A DNA stretch of 62,984 bases, the filler included, from Lenisia limosa (Eukaryota > Protista > Breviatea): assembly GCA_001655205.1 (NCBI GenBank). It is 11 parts of 11 records of this genome, joined end to end, with 100 filler letters (N's around TTAATTAATTAA, not from the genome) between each part and the next. Parts side by side here need not be neighbours in the genome. Positions count along the whole stretch, not along the records: positions 61,963 to 62,984 come from LPNZ01000546.1; 10 more parts are not named here. One strand, 5' to 3'. A program made the translations under genes and the position numbers. Below are positions 62,717 through 62,984 of this stretch, piece by piece; within the stretch, counting starts at the first letter, position 1; every line of letters begins with the position of its first letter. The notes below the pieces were generated by a model. It ran no database searches and had not been told where the DNA came from. It worked only from the letters and a program-made list of their open reading frames with translations.

Positions 62717-62984
62717 GTACGTTGAGGTTCAAATTGTTTTTTTAGGTTTTGCCTTTATTGAATGACCTTTGGGATCTCCTTGATATTTGGAAACAATTCC
62801 TTATCTCTCTTCACATAATGTACATTTTTGGGGATTCCCCACGGTTCCAAAAATGAATCAATTTCCCGAAAAATTGTCGATATATTTAGAAATGGTATCT
62901 TGCCTTGTCGGACCGTAGGGTACATATTAGTATATATTTATATACTAATTATATATGATATACTATATGCTCACGGTCCTAAAT

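Overview
Draft eukaryotic nuclear DNA from an intron-rich, AT-rich organism, probably a protist; the species cannot be identified from sequence alone. The window is not contiguous. Ten 100-bp gaps of the form N44-TTAATTAATTAA-N44 join 11 separate segments, so adjacency is meaningful only within a segment. The supplied ORF track is mostly uninformative because genes are split into 30-150 nt exons, so I spliced the exons by hand. Recognisable genes: RasGEF (CDC25 domain, preceded by a probable RA domain), an ankyrin-repeat protein, VPS53 (5' part), a PH+IQ-motif protein, an SLC25A17/PMP34-like carrier, CDC45 (internal), MCM2 (internal), a DPF-repeat protein and several hypotheticals. The largest segment (14407-45697) holds the main candidate system: two head-to-head ZNFX1-like SF1 helicase genes. 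One appears to continue through NF-X1 zinc fingers into two tandem PARP catalytic domains; the other begins with an RGG box and an RRM. Introns are full of short repeats: a ~90-bp TA-flanked hairpin MITE with about 30 copies, a second Tc1-like MITE, and a ~130-bp element whose C-rich tail repeatedly forms the 3' splice acceptor in unrelated genes. All gene models are manual, and no database search was run.
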